A DNA stretch of 32,000 nt from Trichodesmium erythraeum IMS101 (GTDB taxonomy: Bacteria; Cyanobacteriota; Cyanobacteriia; Cyanobacteriales; Microcoleaceae). Of the stretch, positions 19,186 through 28,986 are shown piece by piece (the stretch's first letter is position 1; the number at the start of each line of letters is the position of its first letter). A program made the position numbers and the translations under genes. The notes under the pieces were generated by a model. It was given only the letters and a program-made list of their open reading frames with translations, searched no databases and was not told where the DNA came from. The stretch lies in NCBI RefSeq assembly GCF_000014265.1, contig NC_008312.1, positions 7,380,001 through 7,412,000 of the forward strand, written 5' to 3'.

Positions 19186-19383
19186 CCAGGGTCAGCTCAT
19201 CTTAACAATCGTTGAAAAATAGTATCTTTTCTAATCCTATTGCCCTGACAGGTTTTGAGTTAATTTAGTGACGAAAATACATTCCAATTGTTAAGTTGCG
19301 AAAACCAATAATATAAAAATTTATTAAATCGTTATCATAAAAATATTGATTCGTCAATAAAAATTTAGATGAGCTTGCCCTGG
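19186..19383. mobile_element. MITE (~198 bp) with 19-20 bp terminal inverted repeats
   Basis: The left end is ccagggtcagctcatcttaa (19186-19205). The right end is ttagatgagcttgccctgg (19365-19383), whose reverse complement is ccagggcaagctcatctaa. The interior is AT-rich and non-coding. Confidence 0.7.
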
Positions 19384-19564
19384 GTCTCCATCAAGTACTC
19401 ATTATATGAATGGAGAATTAGTTTTCGTGGAATCTTATTATAATGGTAAGCTAATTCAACAGTCTCAAAAGCTTTTCAGCAAAGAAGAAATGCTATATTT
19501 AATTGCTCAGGGGGTGACCAGTCAGCCATAGTTAATAGGTAAGAGTTATTGTTCTCACAAGCTA

Positions 19565-20911
19565 CTAGTGCAGGATGGCAGAAATAAGTAACCAGTAGAA
19601 GCGATGCCTTCTTCCTGAGATAGAATACTCAGAAGTGCGATCGCTCTCATAAAATAAATGGTCAATAGCCAAGCTAAAAATTATCGGCATAGAGTTTGAT
19701 ACTTGAGCCAGTATGAGCATAAATCTGAATCTAGTTAATCATCCTCGATCAAACCCCCTATTAACAAGGTCTGGTTAGAGTACAGTTGAAATAGTCAATA
19801 AAATTTAGTATCTTCTGCTTGAGCTCTGAGGTGGAATAGAAACTACTACGCCGGAGTCAACCCCTGGCCCAAATAGAGAACCAACACTCAATTTGATTCA
19901 GCCAAGAAATATGTTTAGGGATATAAACAAAGCGAATCTGGTGAGACTCCTCAGACAAAAAAAGCAGCACGAGTTACCATAGAGTCTCGAATACCTGATT
20001 TCTGTTTTACCCCAAATCAGTCTGAATACCACAACATTGAGCCACTTGACGGAATAATGATTCAGATTTATGAGTATTGAGTTGCTCTAATCCGAAAAAT
20101 CCATCCTCCATCAGAATTCAGTATGGATAGTCTGTTCAATGTGTTGCAGAAAATCAACTTCTGTGAGAGTGGCCTTAATTGAAGGGGTAATGATTTGTCT
20201 TTTGGCTATGTGCCAGTTGGCCAGTAGACATTGAGTACCTAGGGGAATGTACTCAAACTCATTGCCTTCGACTCATCCTGGCTCTATTGGTTGAGTGGGG
20301 CCAATTCTCTCATTAGCTGGGATACTCGTCATTTTATCGGTACTAATCAGATGAATTCCTTTTTCGAGTAATTCTTGGGCCGACAGATATCACTGACAGA
20401 TAGATTGAACCTAGTCGCGAAAAGCTACTAGGTCAGAGGGATTAGAGTTTAACCAGTAACGATGACCATGAGGTTGTAGAGTCCCTTCCTTTTAAAAGTT
20501 GTTCAGAAGCCTCCAAGCACCTTTTTCGCTACTGCCTCACTTGCCTTCTATGTAGTTGTAGTTGTTCACTTATCCTTCTAATGTTGGTTCCAGAGGCCGC
20601 AGCTAAGATGAGTTTTACTCTTCTGACCAGGGGATAGGAATTGGTGGTCTGACTAGCTAGAACTTGCAGCAGGTTTTTCTATCTTGGCGACAGGACTATG
20701 GATTGAGCTTTGGGGATAGGCATTCATTCATGGGGTTGACTAAGCTGATTGATTAGGCTTCCACAAATTCTAGTTGACTTCATAAATCACTTTTTTTTAG
20801 TGGTCACTTTTTGGGGCTGGCCTCTCCGATGCGATCGCACCTCTGAGTACTCTATCTCAGGAAGAAGGCATTGCTTCTACGTGGTCACTTATTTCTGCCA
20901 TCCTGCACTAG
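19565..20911 (-). mobile_element. IS630-family insertion sequence (1347 bp) with ~80-bp terminal inverted repeats; transposase decayed
   Basis: TIR-L (19565-19644) reads ctagtgcaggatggcagaaataagtaaccagtagaagcgatgccttcttcctgagatagaatactcagaagtgcgatcgc. It matches the reverse complement of 20831-20911 with a few mismatches. A third copy of the same end begins at 31908. Confidence 0.85.
19761..20783 (-). pseudogene. IS630-family (Tc1/mariner-like DDE) transposase, many stops and frameshifts
   Basis: The minus strand from ATG 20783 spans a ~341-codon footprint. Readable blocks are PKAQSIVLSPR, NSYPLVRRVKLILAAASGTNIRRISEQLQL, GIHLISTDKMTSIPANER, and IRFVYIPKHISWLNQIECWFSIWARG*LRRSSFYSTSELKQKILNFIDYFNCTLTRP. 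The last block matches the C-terminal signature H.SWLNQIE.WFSIL.R..L.R.SF.S...L...I..FI.YFN. Confidence 0.8.
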
Positions 20912-21079
20912 AACAACAATAAAATACTTCCATATCAGTTATCGTTAAAGGTCTAGCGCGATAGCGGAGCGCGAAACCGAGTTTAATCGCTAACTCGAAA
21001 ATAGCGTTTTTGAAACGTGAGCTAAGATGTCTCACAAAGCCCATTCTCGAAAGTTAGTCTTAGTCATTTGTCAAAAAAA

Positions 21080-21098
21080 TTAGATGCGTTTGCCCTGG
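21080..21098. repeat. Solo terminal repeat of the same MITE family
   Basis: ttagatgcgtttgccctgg; its reverse complement ccagggcaaacgcatctaa matches the consensus CCAGGGYAARCTCATCTAA. Confidence 0.5.
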
Positions 21099-21162
21099 AT
21101 TTTCCCCCTCTTTTTCTGCTTAAAACCCCCATTGCAAAAACAACTTATGAATTCTAAAATTA

Positions 21163-22356
21163 TTAACCCATAGGAGGCATGCTTAAACCTTTCAAAGTTT
21201 GCTTTTTTTCTTCCTCACTCAAACTTTTGCTCTGCACCAAAACCCCAAAATTTCCTAACCCAATTGGGTCTATTAATGAATGTAATGCTTCCCTACGTCG
21301 GAAAACTTCTTCAACAGAAAAACCTTGATTATTTGATAATTCATTTAATCTATCTCCTAAACCTAAAGCCATTAAAAATAAACCTTGTTTAGTAAAACCT
21401 AGAGTTTCTAAGTCTAATAAATTTCCCTGTTTTTCCAAAGCAGTAAAATCAACATGAGCAGTAATATCTTGTCGCCCAACATTCCAATAAGGGTCATTAT
21501 TTCGATGATGTTGATAATAACATTGTAGAGTTCCCTCTTTTCTAACAGGATTATAATAGCGTACTGCTTGATAACCATAATCAATAGTTAATAAATAACC
21601 CTTTAGCAACTTATTACTAACAATTTTTATCCAATCTAAAGCCTGTAAATTTACTTCACTTTGATAACCCTCAACATCAACAAATGAGAGTAAATCTATA
21701 TCCACTAAATTAAAATATTCAGCAATTTCAGGAGTTGAAATTTTATCAGTTATTTCTACAAACTTTCCTTGAGAGTTAGAAGACACATAAATTTCTTTAA
21801 TTTCCCGTTCTTCTATTCTAAACTTATGCACTGGAAAAGCATCTACCAACTCATTAGAAAAGAAACAACCTGTAATTGAACTATGGGAAATTTTATCCCA
21901 GTCACTCCATCTCACTTGATATGACTGTAAAATTTGTTTTTGTTGTACTTTTAAAACTTCTGATTTTTCAACAATTAGATATTCAACTGTTTGGAAAAAA
22001 TCTAAATGTTTTTGTTTAAGATAACCTAAAATTTGCTCTGCTAAAATTCCCTGACCAGCACCCATTTCTACTATAGTAAAATTATTAGGCCTTTGCAAAA
22101 TATGCCACATTTGTAGAAATTGTTCTGCTAATAATTCTCCAAAGTCACTACCCCAATGAGGAGAGGTTAAAAAGTCTCCTTGTTTGCCAATATTTACAGG
22201 ATGAGTTGCATAATAACCATATTGGGGATGGTATAAAACTAAATCCATATATTCAGCAAAAGTAATCCGTTTATTTTGAGATTCAGATATGCTTTTATAG
22301 ATAATTGTACATAAATTTTCATTATTATTGCTGATAGTTAGTTGTGGTTGATTCAT
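21163..22356 (-). CDS. Class I SAM-dependent methyltransferase, NDUFAF7/MidA (DUF185) family
   Basis: 397-aa ORF with YMDLVLYHPQYGYY, FLTSPHWGSDFGELLAEQF, the SAM-binding IVEMGAGQGILAEQIL, and later ANELVDAFPVH-like (SNELVDAFPVHKF) and DYGY blocks typical of the family. Confidence 0.8.
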   Translation of the reverse strand: MNQPQLTISNNNENLCTIIYKSISESQNKRITFAEYMDLVLYHPQYGYYATHPVNIGKQGDFLTSPHWGSDFGELLAEQFLQMWHILQRPNNFTIVEMGAGQGILAEQILGYLKQKHLDFFQTVEYLIVEKSEVLKVQQKQILQSYQVRWSDWDKISHSSITGCFFSNELVDAFPVHKFRIEEREIKEIYVSSNSQGKFVEITDKISTPEIAEYFNLVDIDLLSFVDVEGYQSEVNLQALDWIKIVSNKLLKGYLLTIDYGYQAVRYYNPVRKEGTLQCYYQHHRNNDPYWNVGRQDITAHVDFTALEKQGNLLDLETLGFTKQGLFLMALGLGDRLNELSNNQGFSVEEVFRRREALHSLIDPIGLGNFGVLVQSKSLSEEEKKQTLKGLSMPPMG

Positions 22357-22562
22357 AAATTTAAGGAAAAATTAAGAAAGAATAAAAATTAATTTTTTTT
22401 TCTTTCCTATAAATAGGAATAGTTAGTTTTATTATCTAACTGTATCTGAAATTTATAATTTTATTCACTCAATGTTTTTTGCTATCTATATAGAATATAT
22501 TCATATCTACATATCTATATCTAGTCCCGAGAAAAAATCAGGAATAACCCTAATTTTTTTAT

Positions 22563-23309
22563 CTATTTATGCTTGATAAATTTTATTTTGGGCACAGGAA
22601 TTAACATAGAAACTTGCTGGCGATATTCCTGATATAAATTTCCATAAATAGAAATCATATCTACCTCTTCTAATTTAATACCTATTAATACATAAATTGT
22701 GATACCTATAGCAAAAACTAGATGAGAACTTGTCATTAATGGAGTTGCCCAAAAAGCAATAAGAAAACCTAACATAATTGGATGGCGAATATATTTATAA
22801 AACCCTGGATTTCTGAATTCTAAATCTTCATATTCCTGACCACGCCAATATAAATATACTTGTCGCAAGCCGAATAAATCAAAATGGTTAATCATAAAAG
22901 TGCTAAGAAAAACAATTAACCATCCCACGGCAAAAATGCCATAAATAACGTTAAAAATTATTGGGTTTTGTATATTCCAGATAATTCCACCAAAAGAAGA
23001 CCATTGCCAACATAACAGTAATAATACTAGGCTTGCCATCAAAACATAAGTGCTACGTTCTATAACTTCTGGAATTATTTTAGTCCACCATTTTTTGAAA
23101 CTTTGACGTGCCATAATACTATGTTGAACACCAAACAAAAAGATTAATAAAATATCAATTAATAACCCCTTAATCAGAGAACCATCTAAGTTTAAATCTA
23201 GTGTTTTTGGTACTATTAAATTGCCCACAAAACCAATGGTATACAGAAAAGTCATCAATGATATTAAATAACAAACTATACCATAAATAAATACTAGTGT
23301 TCTACTCAT
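22563..23309 (-). CDS. Integral-membrane methyltransferase of the ICMT/PEMT superfamily (MddA/NnrU-like)
   Basis: 248-aa ORF with 5-6 hydrophobic helices. The C-terminal signature is GFYKYIRHPIMLGFLIAFWATPLMTSSHLVF. Confidence 0.7.
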   Translation of the reverse strand: MSRTLVFIYGIVCYLISLMTFLYTIGFVGNLIVPKTLDLNLDGSLIKGLLIDILLIFLFGVQHSIMARQSFKKWWTKIIPEVIERSTYVLMASLVLLLLCWQWSSFGGIIWNIQNPIIFNVIYGIFAVGWLIVFLSTFMINHFDLFGLRQVYLYWRGQEYEDLEFRNPGFYKYIRHPIMLGFLIAFWATPLMTSSHLVFAIGITIYVLIGIKLEEVDMISIYGNLYQEYRQQVSMLIPVPKIKFIKHK

Positions 23310-23523
23310 TTTTATCCTACAAAATCTCCATAACTTTGATAAAATTATTTGAGTAATTAAAGCAGCTTCATACCAATGGTAAAATTTAAATTTTTAAGTA
23401 ATACTAAATCTCTACTGGTAAGAGGATATTTAAAAAATTTGAAGTCTTTACCCTAAATAAAATTTAGAGATAGGGTAAGTTCTCTTTAATAACTAAATTT
23501 AGTATAATTAACACAGGCAAAAT

Positions 23524-23541
23524 CAGGGTAAACTCATCTAA
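23524..23541. repeat. Solo terminal repeat of the same MITE family
   Basis: cagggtaaactcatctaa matches the left-end consensus CCAGGGYAARCTCATCTAA. Confidence 0.45.
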
Positions 23542-23789
23542 TTTACTAATTCCTATATATAGTTTACTGCTACCTTTAACTATTTTAGCAATAGTTTCTC
23601 TCTCTGACTCTCTCCATTTTCTTTCAGCAAAAAAAAATTCTTACAGAAGAAGAGTCTATTTCTATTATCCCAATAATATTAAGAGAAATATTTGTAACTT
23701 GATAAATTTTAAAATTTTCTATGCGAGATAAAAAAAAGCAATACTAAAATCTACTATTCCTTGCCCTACTCCACAGACCAAATTTCGGA

Positions 23790-25165
23790 CTGGCACATTA
23801 ATAGTAAAATTAAATCAAGATAATAAGCTTTTATTTACCCCCTATTCCACCTGTTCAATAAACCTCATATAAATATTATAATCAACATTAAATTTACCAC
23901 AAATCCTCTGCATTTTTTTTGAATGCTGAACAAAATCTATCATTCCTATATTTAATCTCAAGTTTATTGATAATACTTAAGTCTGTGTAGGAAAATTTTT
24001 ATATTTCTTCTTTTACTTCCTATTCTCTGGTTATTAGACGTCAAAAATTCAACATTATTTATCTTATTTTTGGATCTACTGCTTGAGATTTTTGCGCAGG
24101 CAAAATTTTTTCTAGTTGCTTATAATCAATTTCTGTTTTATTAAAAAATTTTACCAAATGTTTAGAAGTAAAATAATCTTTGGAAATTATTGTATTGGAA
24201 ATTATTGTATTTGCAAAATTTTCATTCAATAAAATCCTACTTTTAACTTTTGAATTTCTAAATTAGTATTACATTCTGGAATCTCCTCAGAATTAAGTAC
24301 TTGTTTTTGACTTTTAACTTCTGTAAAATAAGATCATTATTATGCCACTTACTGCAGACGTTCTTCAGGATCAAATGCCATACCTTTAAGAATAGCTTCT
24401 TAAAAACAATCACTAATTTTCCGATTAAATTTTGTGGCGAGTTAAAAGCCATTCTCGCTCCCTATTCAGGTTATGGAATAGGAATTTCAGCAGTTATTAA
24501 ATAATCAAGATTTACTGCTAAAGAATAAACATCAGTAAATTCTCCCAGCTTTGCCTTTTTCCCATATTCTTCAATGGCATAAAAGTCATTTTCATCAGCA
24601 TGAGTTTCAATTAGAAAAATATTTTAAATAAACTTACAAGCAATTTAAAAATTAATCAAAAAAATTGGGTAATTATTGTTAATATTATAGGCAATAAGAT
24701 TTGGTAGTTTAACATTATTATTGCATCAGAATTTACAGTTAAAATTAAAGCTTTTTCTACTGTACAGAATGTAAATTAATTATCAAAATTCTGATAGTTT
24801 ACGATTTATTTTAGTGACTTTTCTCAATTTTATACCGCCACATATTTAATGAAAATGCAGTAATATTTTTACTTATAAAAAAACTTTTTGTGCACACACA
24901 ATATTTGTATGTTTACAAAAAGTAAGTTTTAAAGCTTCATATCGAAAATACAGCTAATTTTTTCTCTAGTAATTTAATTTTTCTCTAGGAATTTCTGAGA
25001 TTTTTGTATTTAAAAATATTATATTTTAGAGTTTTAATAACTATTAGCTAAACTTTATTTTTTTGAGTAATATAAGTCATACTATAGCTAACCTTACCTA
25101 ACTTTTTTTTGAATAATGTAGTAATCTTTATAAAGTTTTTTTTATCGTAGCTATGCCATAGCTTT
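23790..25165 (-). pseudogene. Ser/Thr protein kinase with C-terminal GUN4-like domain, severely eroded (boundaries approximate)
   Basis: Minus-strand relics appear in the canonical order. The P-loop is KKLGKVSYSMTY (LG.GGFG.TY). Next come LIVIKTLK (V.IKQLK) and KHTNIV (HPNIV). The catalytic loop is NNNVKLPNLI (HRDVKP.NI), and the DFG region is FLINF*IA. The activation/P+1 region is DFYAIEEYGKKAKLGEFTDVYSLAVNLDYLITAEIP, followed by KGMAFDPEERLQ. The GUN4-like block is KFSYTDLSIINKLEIKYRNDRFCSAFKKNAEDLW (FPC.DL..ID.LW..YS.G.FGFSVQ..IW). Dozens of stops and frameshifts interrupt it. Confidence 0.65.
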
Positions 25166-25912
25166 TAGCGAAGTTATAAGTTATTTTTGTAACGGGGATG
25201 AGTGAGCAAACTTCCCAAAAATCTTGAGCCTTAAAAGGCGGTATTTTAGACCCAATGATTTTGATAATTATTAATAAATAAATATTTATTATATTATGAT
25301 ACAATCTTATTAAATATCAATTGTCATGGATTAATATGATACTTAGTTGATATTAATTAATCAAAATATCAATATAGGCTAAATAACTTTTTTTGATAAC
25401 TATTAGCCAGTAGACCGTTAATTATTCTTATGTTGTACAGACCTTCCGTGCAATGTCTCTACTATACAGACTTTTCATTAAACTTCTCTAATTCTCCATG
25501 GCCGGGCTTAGGGGTAGGTCCTTTACTATGGGGAAATGTACAAAAGTTTTTGAGAAATGGTTAATGATATTGGTCTAGTAGTTACTATTACTGGCTCAAA
25601 CATTTTCCCTATTCTTAAATATAGTCCGTACTGCTAATTTACTTCTGACTTCTGACTTAAGCAAGCAAGCGATCGCCCTTATCTCTCCAACAAAAAAAGC
25701 CAAAAGCAAAAGGTTAATAAATCTTTCTGACTTTTGGTTTTTGATAACATTTTTTTATTGATATCCTCCCTAGGCATTAAGCACAGAGGAGAGTTTTTGG
25801 GAGCCAAAACTCTGGTTGATGTTTTAGTTATATAAAGCTACACGCTCCACAGGCTAATGCTTTTCATCTCGGTAGGGCAAAACTTGACTCTAGTTTTACT
25901 CTTGTCCAGTAA

Positions 25913-26036
25913 GTCTGTTTTCTACCTCAGACTACCCGCCCGTGACTAATTAATTTTTTACATAATTAAAACATATTTATTAAAAAAACAACTAAAAAAT
26001 TCTTTCCTTATGGGGGAGGCTTTAAGCACAATTTTT
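25913..26036 (+). repeat. Copy A of the dispersed ~125-bp repeat family
   Basis: gtctgttttc…actacccgcccgtgactaattaatt…aacatatttattaaaaaaacaactaaaaaatt…tgggggaggctttaagcacaattttttt; it is collinear with copy B and with the reverse complement of copy C. Confidence 0.6.
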
Positions 26037-26038
26037 TT

Positions 26039-26212
26039 GCAAGCATTCAGCTTTCAGTCAGTTTTTAAACATATTCAAGCAACTACTAAGATTAGCCGAT
26101 GACTAATTTCATTAATTCTCCACAGAGACTAATTTCTGCTTCCTTTGATGTTAATAACTCATAAGCTAGTAAAGTTACTATTTAGGAAGCATACTGAATG
26201 CTGAATGCTTAC
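26039..26212. repeat. ~170-bp element bounded by a 13-bp inverted repeat (gcaagcattcagc / gctgaatgcttac)
   Basis: A perfect 11-bp core aagcattcagc (26041-26051) pairs with gctgaatgctt (26200-26210). The right arm also forms a local hairpin, aagcat (26187-26192) with atgctt (26205-26210), followed by acttttgtgactttt. Confidence 0.4.
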
Positions 26213-26253
26213 TTTTGTGACTTTTAAATTTTACCTTTTAACAATTGATCTTA

Positions 26254-27438
26254 CTATCGATCCACAGACCCCATAATAATGTCAATACTACCTAAAATAG
26301 CCACAAGATCCGCCACTTTCGCACCCTGCAAAATATGAGGAAAAATCTGCAAATTTACGAAATCTGCCGCCCGAATCTTAAAACGCCAAGGAAAAATATT
26401 ATTATCACCAATAATATAAATTCCAATCTCTCCCTTACCACTTTCAATGCGAACATAATGCTCACCTTTAGGAATCTTAAAAGTCGGAGGAATTTTTTTA
26501 CCTAAAAATTGGTAATCAAAATCATTCCACTCGGACTTAGGCCCCTCAGCCATCCGTTTAGCTTCCAGATTTTCATAAGGCCCACCAGGAAGTCCTTTAA
26601 TAGCTTGACGAATAATATTAACCGACTCTCGCATTTCTCGAATCCGCACGAGATATCGCGCCAAACAATCTCCATCTTTTTCCCAGTGAACTTCCCAGTC
26701 AAAATCGTCATAACACTCATAATGGTCAACCTTCCGTAAATCCCACTTTACCCCAGAAGCTCGCAACATAGGTCCAGAAAGTCCCCAGTTAATCGCCTCT
26801 TCCCGACTAATTACACCTAATCCCATAATTCGGCGACGGAAAATTGGGTTATTAGTAATCAGACGTTCATACTCATCAACCTTGGGTAAAAAATAATCAC
26901 AAAAATCTTCGCACTTATCCACCCAACCATAAGGCAAATCAGCAGCTACCCCACCAATACGGAAATAATTATTGTTTACCATTCGATAACCTGTAGCAGC
27001 TTCCCACAAGTCATAAATCATTTCCCTTTCTCGGAAGATGTAGAAGAAAGGAGTTTGGGCCCCGACATCCGCCAGGAATGGGCCAAGCCATAACAAGTGA
27101 TTAGCAATCCGGTTTAGTTCCAGCATAATTACCCGGATATAACTAGCCCTTTTAGGAACTGCTATGTCGGCCAGTTGTTCCGGAGCATTTACTGTTACGG
27201 CCTCATTAAACATTCCCGCAGCATAATCCCAACGACTAACGTAAGGAACAAACATTGTATTAGTGCGGTTTTCCGCAATCTTTTCCATGCCCCTGTGTAA
27301 GTAACCAATTACAGGTTCACAGTCAATTACATCTTCTCCATCTAAAGTAACAATCAACCTTAATACCCCATGCATTGAGGGATGATGAGGCCCCATGTTA
27401 ATGACCATGGGCTCGGTTCTAGTTTGAATTTGGCTCAT
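26254..27438 (-). CDS. ndhH: NAD(P)H-quinone oxidoreductase (NDH-1) subunit H
   Basis: 394-aa ORF. It begins [37 protein letters not shown], continues with [15 protein letters not shown], and ends …[14 protein letters not shown]. These are highly conserved NdhH/NuoD features. Confidence 0.97.
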   Translation of the reverse strand: MSQIQTRTEPMVINMGPHHPSMHGVLRLIVTLDGEDVIDCEPVIGYLHRGMEKIAENRTNTMFVPYVSRWDYAAGMFNEAVTVNAPEQLADIAVPKRASYIRVIMLELNRIANHLLWLGPFLADVGAQTPFFYIFREREMIYDLWEAATGYRMVNNNYFRIGGVAADLPYGWVDKCEDFCDYFLPKVDEYERLITNNPIFRRRIMGLGVISREEAINWGLSGPMLRASGVKWDLRKVDHYECYDDFDWEVHWEKDGDCLARYLVRIREMRESVNIIRQAIKGLPGGPYENLEAKRMAEGPKSEWNDFDYQFLGKKIPPTFKIPKGEHYVRIESGKGEIGIYIIGDNNIFPWRFKIRAADFVNLQIFPHILQGAKVADLVAILGSIDIIMGSVDR

Positions 27439-27965
27439 CTTGACTATTCTCCTAATGAGTAATATTTAATGTTTCTTTCCAATTATTTGGCCTGAGTTTT
27501 TTGAGGCTAAATGCTATTATGTTTTGTGAGGAGCAATAGTTAACTAAAAACCTTAATAAATATTTTTGAATTTTTTGAAAATTACTGATATGTAATTATA
27601 ATTATATAATTTTAAAAAGGTATCCTTGAAAATTTGGTCAATTCCTTGACAAAAGCTAAAAAGTTAAGTGTCAAATTGTACAGTTAATAACTTTTTTAAC
27701 AAGGGAACACTCCAGCCCAAGGAAGGAAGAACTAAAATCTATCAAAATAGATGGCTGATTGTAAGTTAAGCGACATAAAAAAACAGACTCCGTTGTTGTT
27801 ACAGTGCAGGGAGCGCTCAGGTAATATGATCCAAACTATCAAGCCTTATATGTTTTGTCGCCAAATAGCAAGACAATATCTGCAATTATCCTCACTTTAA
27901 TCGGTGATGTTATACAGATAAGGTTCATAGTTTTCAACAAGTTAAATGTAGCACCTTGCTTCAGT

Positions 27966-28091
27966 GTCCGTTTTTTTCTATGACTGCCCGTCTGGGACTA
28001 ACTAACTAATAAATTAGTAACATATATATATTAAAAAAACAACTAAAAAGTTGCCCGATAGGCAGGGGAGGCTTTAAACCCAATCTTTTGG
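27966..28091 (+). repeat. Copy B of the dispersed ~125-bp repeat family, ending ~29 nt before rsmH
   Basis: gtccgtttttttctatgactgcccgtctgggactaactaactaataaatt…aacatatatatattaaaaaaacaactaaaaagttgcccgataggcaggggaggctttaaacccaatcttttgg. Confidence 0.6.
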
Positions 28092-28119
28092 TAAATACTT
28101 CAATTTTGACTTTTGCCCT

Positions 28120-28986
28120 TTGAGTAATGACATTATGAACCATATACCAGTTCTAAGTAGTGAGTTGATTTCTGGTTTAGTAATCCGTCCTAGAGGTCTC
28201 TACTTAGATGCTACATTGGGATTTGGTGGCCATACTAAGTTAATTCTAGCTGCTGCCCCAGAGGTGAAAGTAGTAGCTATTGACCAAGATAAACAAGCGC
28301 TCGACTCTTCTCAAACTTTACTGGCCTCTTACAACTCTAACATTCAATTCTGCCACAGTAATTTTGCTGATTATGATCCCCAAAATCTCAAATTTGATGG
28401 CATATTAGCAGACTTAGGTATAAATTCTGTACAGTTGGATACTCCAGAACGAGGTTTTAGTTTCCGGCATCAAGGTAAATTAGATATGCGCATGAATCAG
28501 CAACAAACTATCACAGCAGCCAAAATAATTAATCATTGGGAAGAAGTCAAGTTGGCAAATATTTTTTATACCTATGGAGAAGAACGTCTGTCCCGGCGCA
28601 TTGCCAGGAAAATAATAGAAAGTCGTCCTCTGGAAACAACAACTGAGTTGGCCGAAGTGGTTGCCAACTGTGTACCTTACAAATACCGTTATGGTAGAAT
28701 ACACCCAGCTACTCGTGTTTTTCAAGCTCTCAGAATAGAAGTAAATCAGGAACTTTCTCGTCTAGAAACTTTCCTCAAGAATGCTCCTCACTGGCTAAAA
28801 ATTGGGGGTAGAATAGGAATTATTAGTTTTCATAGTTTAGAGGATCGTTTGGTCAAACATAGCCTGAGAAATGCTTCTATTTTAAAGGTATTGACAAAAA
28901 AACCCATACAACCTCAAGATAATGAAGTGGCAATAAATCCACGGGCTCGTTCTGCGAAACTAAGATTGGCAGAAAAGTTAAGCTAA
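28120..28986 (+). CDS. rsmH: 16S rRNA (cytosine1402-N4)-methyltransferase
   Basis: 288-aa ORF with [44 protein letters not shown] and [10 protein letters not shown] blocks typical of RsmH/MraW. The start is either TTG 28120 or ATG 28135. Confidence 0.93.
   Translation: MSNDIMNHIPVLSSELISGLVIRPRGLYLDATLGFGGHTKLILAAAPEVKVVAIDQDKQALDSSQTLLASYNSNIQFCHSNFADYDPQNLKFDGILADLGINSVQLDTPERGFSFRHQGKLDMRMNQQQTITAAKIINHWEEVKLANIFYTYGEERLSRRIARKIIESRPLETTTELAEVVANCVPYKYRYGRIHPATRVFQALRIEVNQELSRLETFLKNAPHWLKIGGRIGIISFHSLEDRLVKHSLRNASILKVLTKKPIQPQDNEVAINPRARSAKLRLAEKLS

Noticed and set aside
19406-19531. 41-codon ORF (MNGELVFVESYYNGKLIQQSQKLFSKEEMLYLIAQGVTSQP) between the MITE and the IS630-like element
   Set aside because: It has no RBS and no recognisable family. 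It is wedged between two insertions and is probably a remnant of a disrupted gene.
24182-24211. Tandem 15-bp direct repeat, checked as a possible CRISPR or minisatellite
   Set aside because: There are only two adjacent copies without spacers, inside the kinase pseudogene, so this is a simple duplication. No CRISPR-like repeat-spacer array exists anywhere in the window.
24258-24504. Two overlapping ~65-aa ORFs on opposite strands
   Set aside because: The minus-strand one is a frame fragment of the eroded kinase (…KGMAFDPEERLQ region) and the plus-strand one is its antisense. Neither is a real gene.
25699-25743. A-run, ccaaaag … cttttgg, T-run: a bidirectional terminator-like hairpin
   Set aside because: The stem is 7 bp, almost entirely A/T, with a 24-nt loop, and no intact gene ends nearby. 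It is too weak to annotate.
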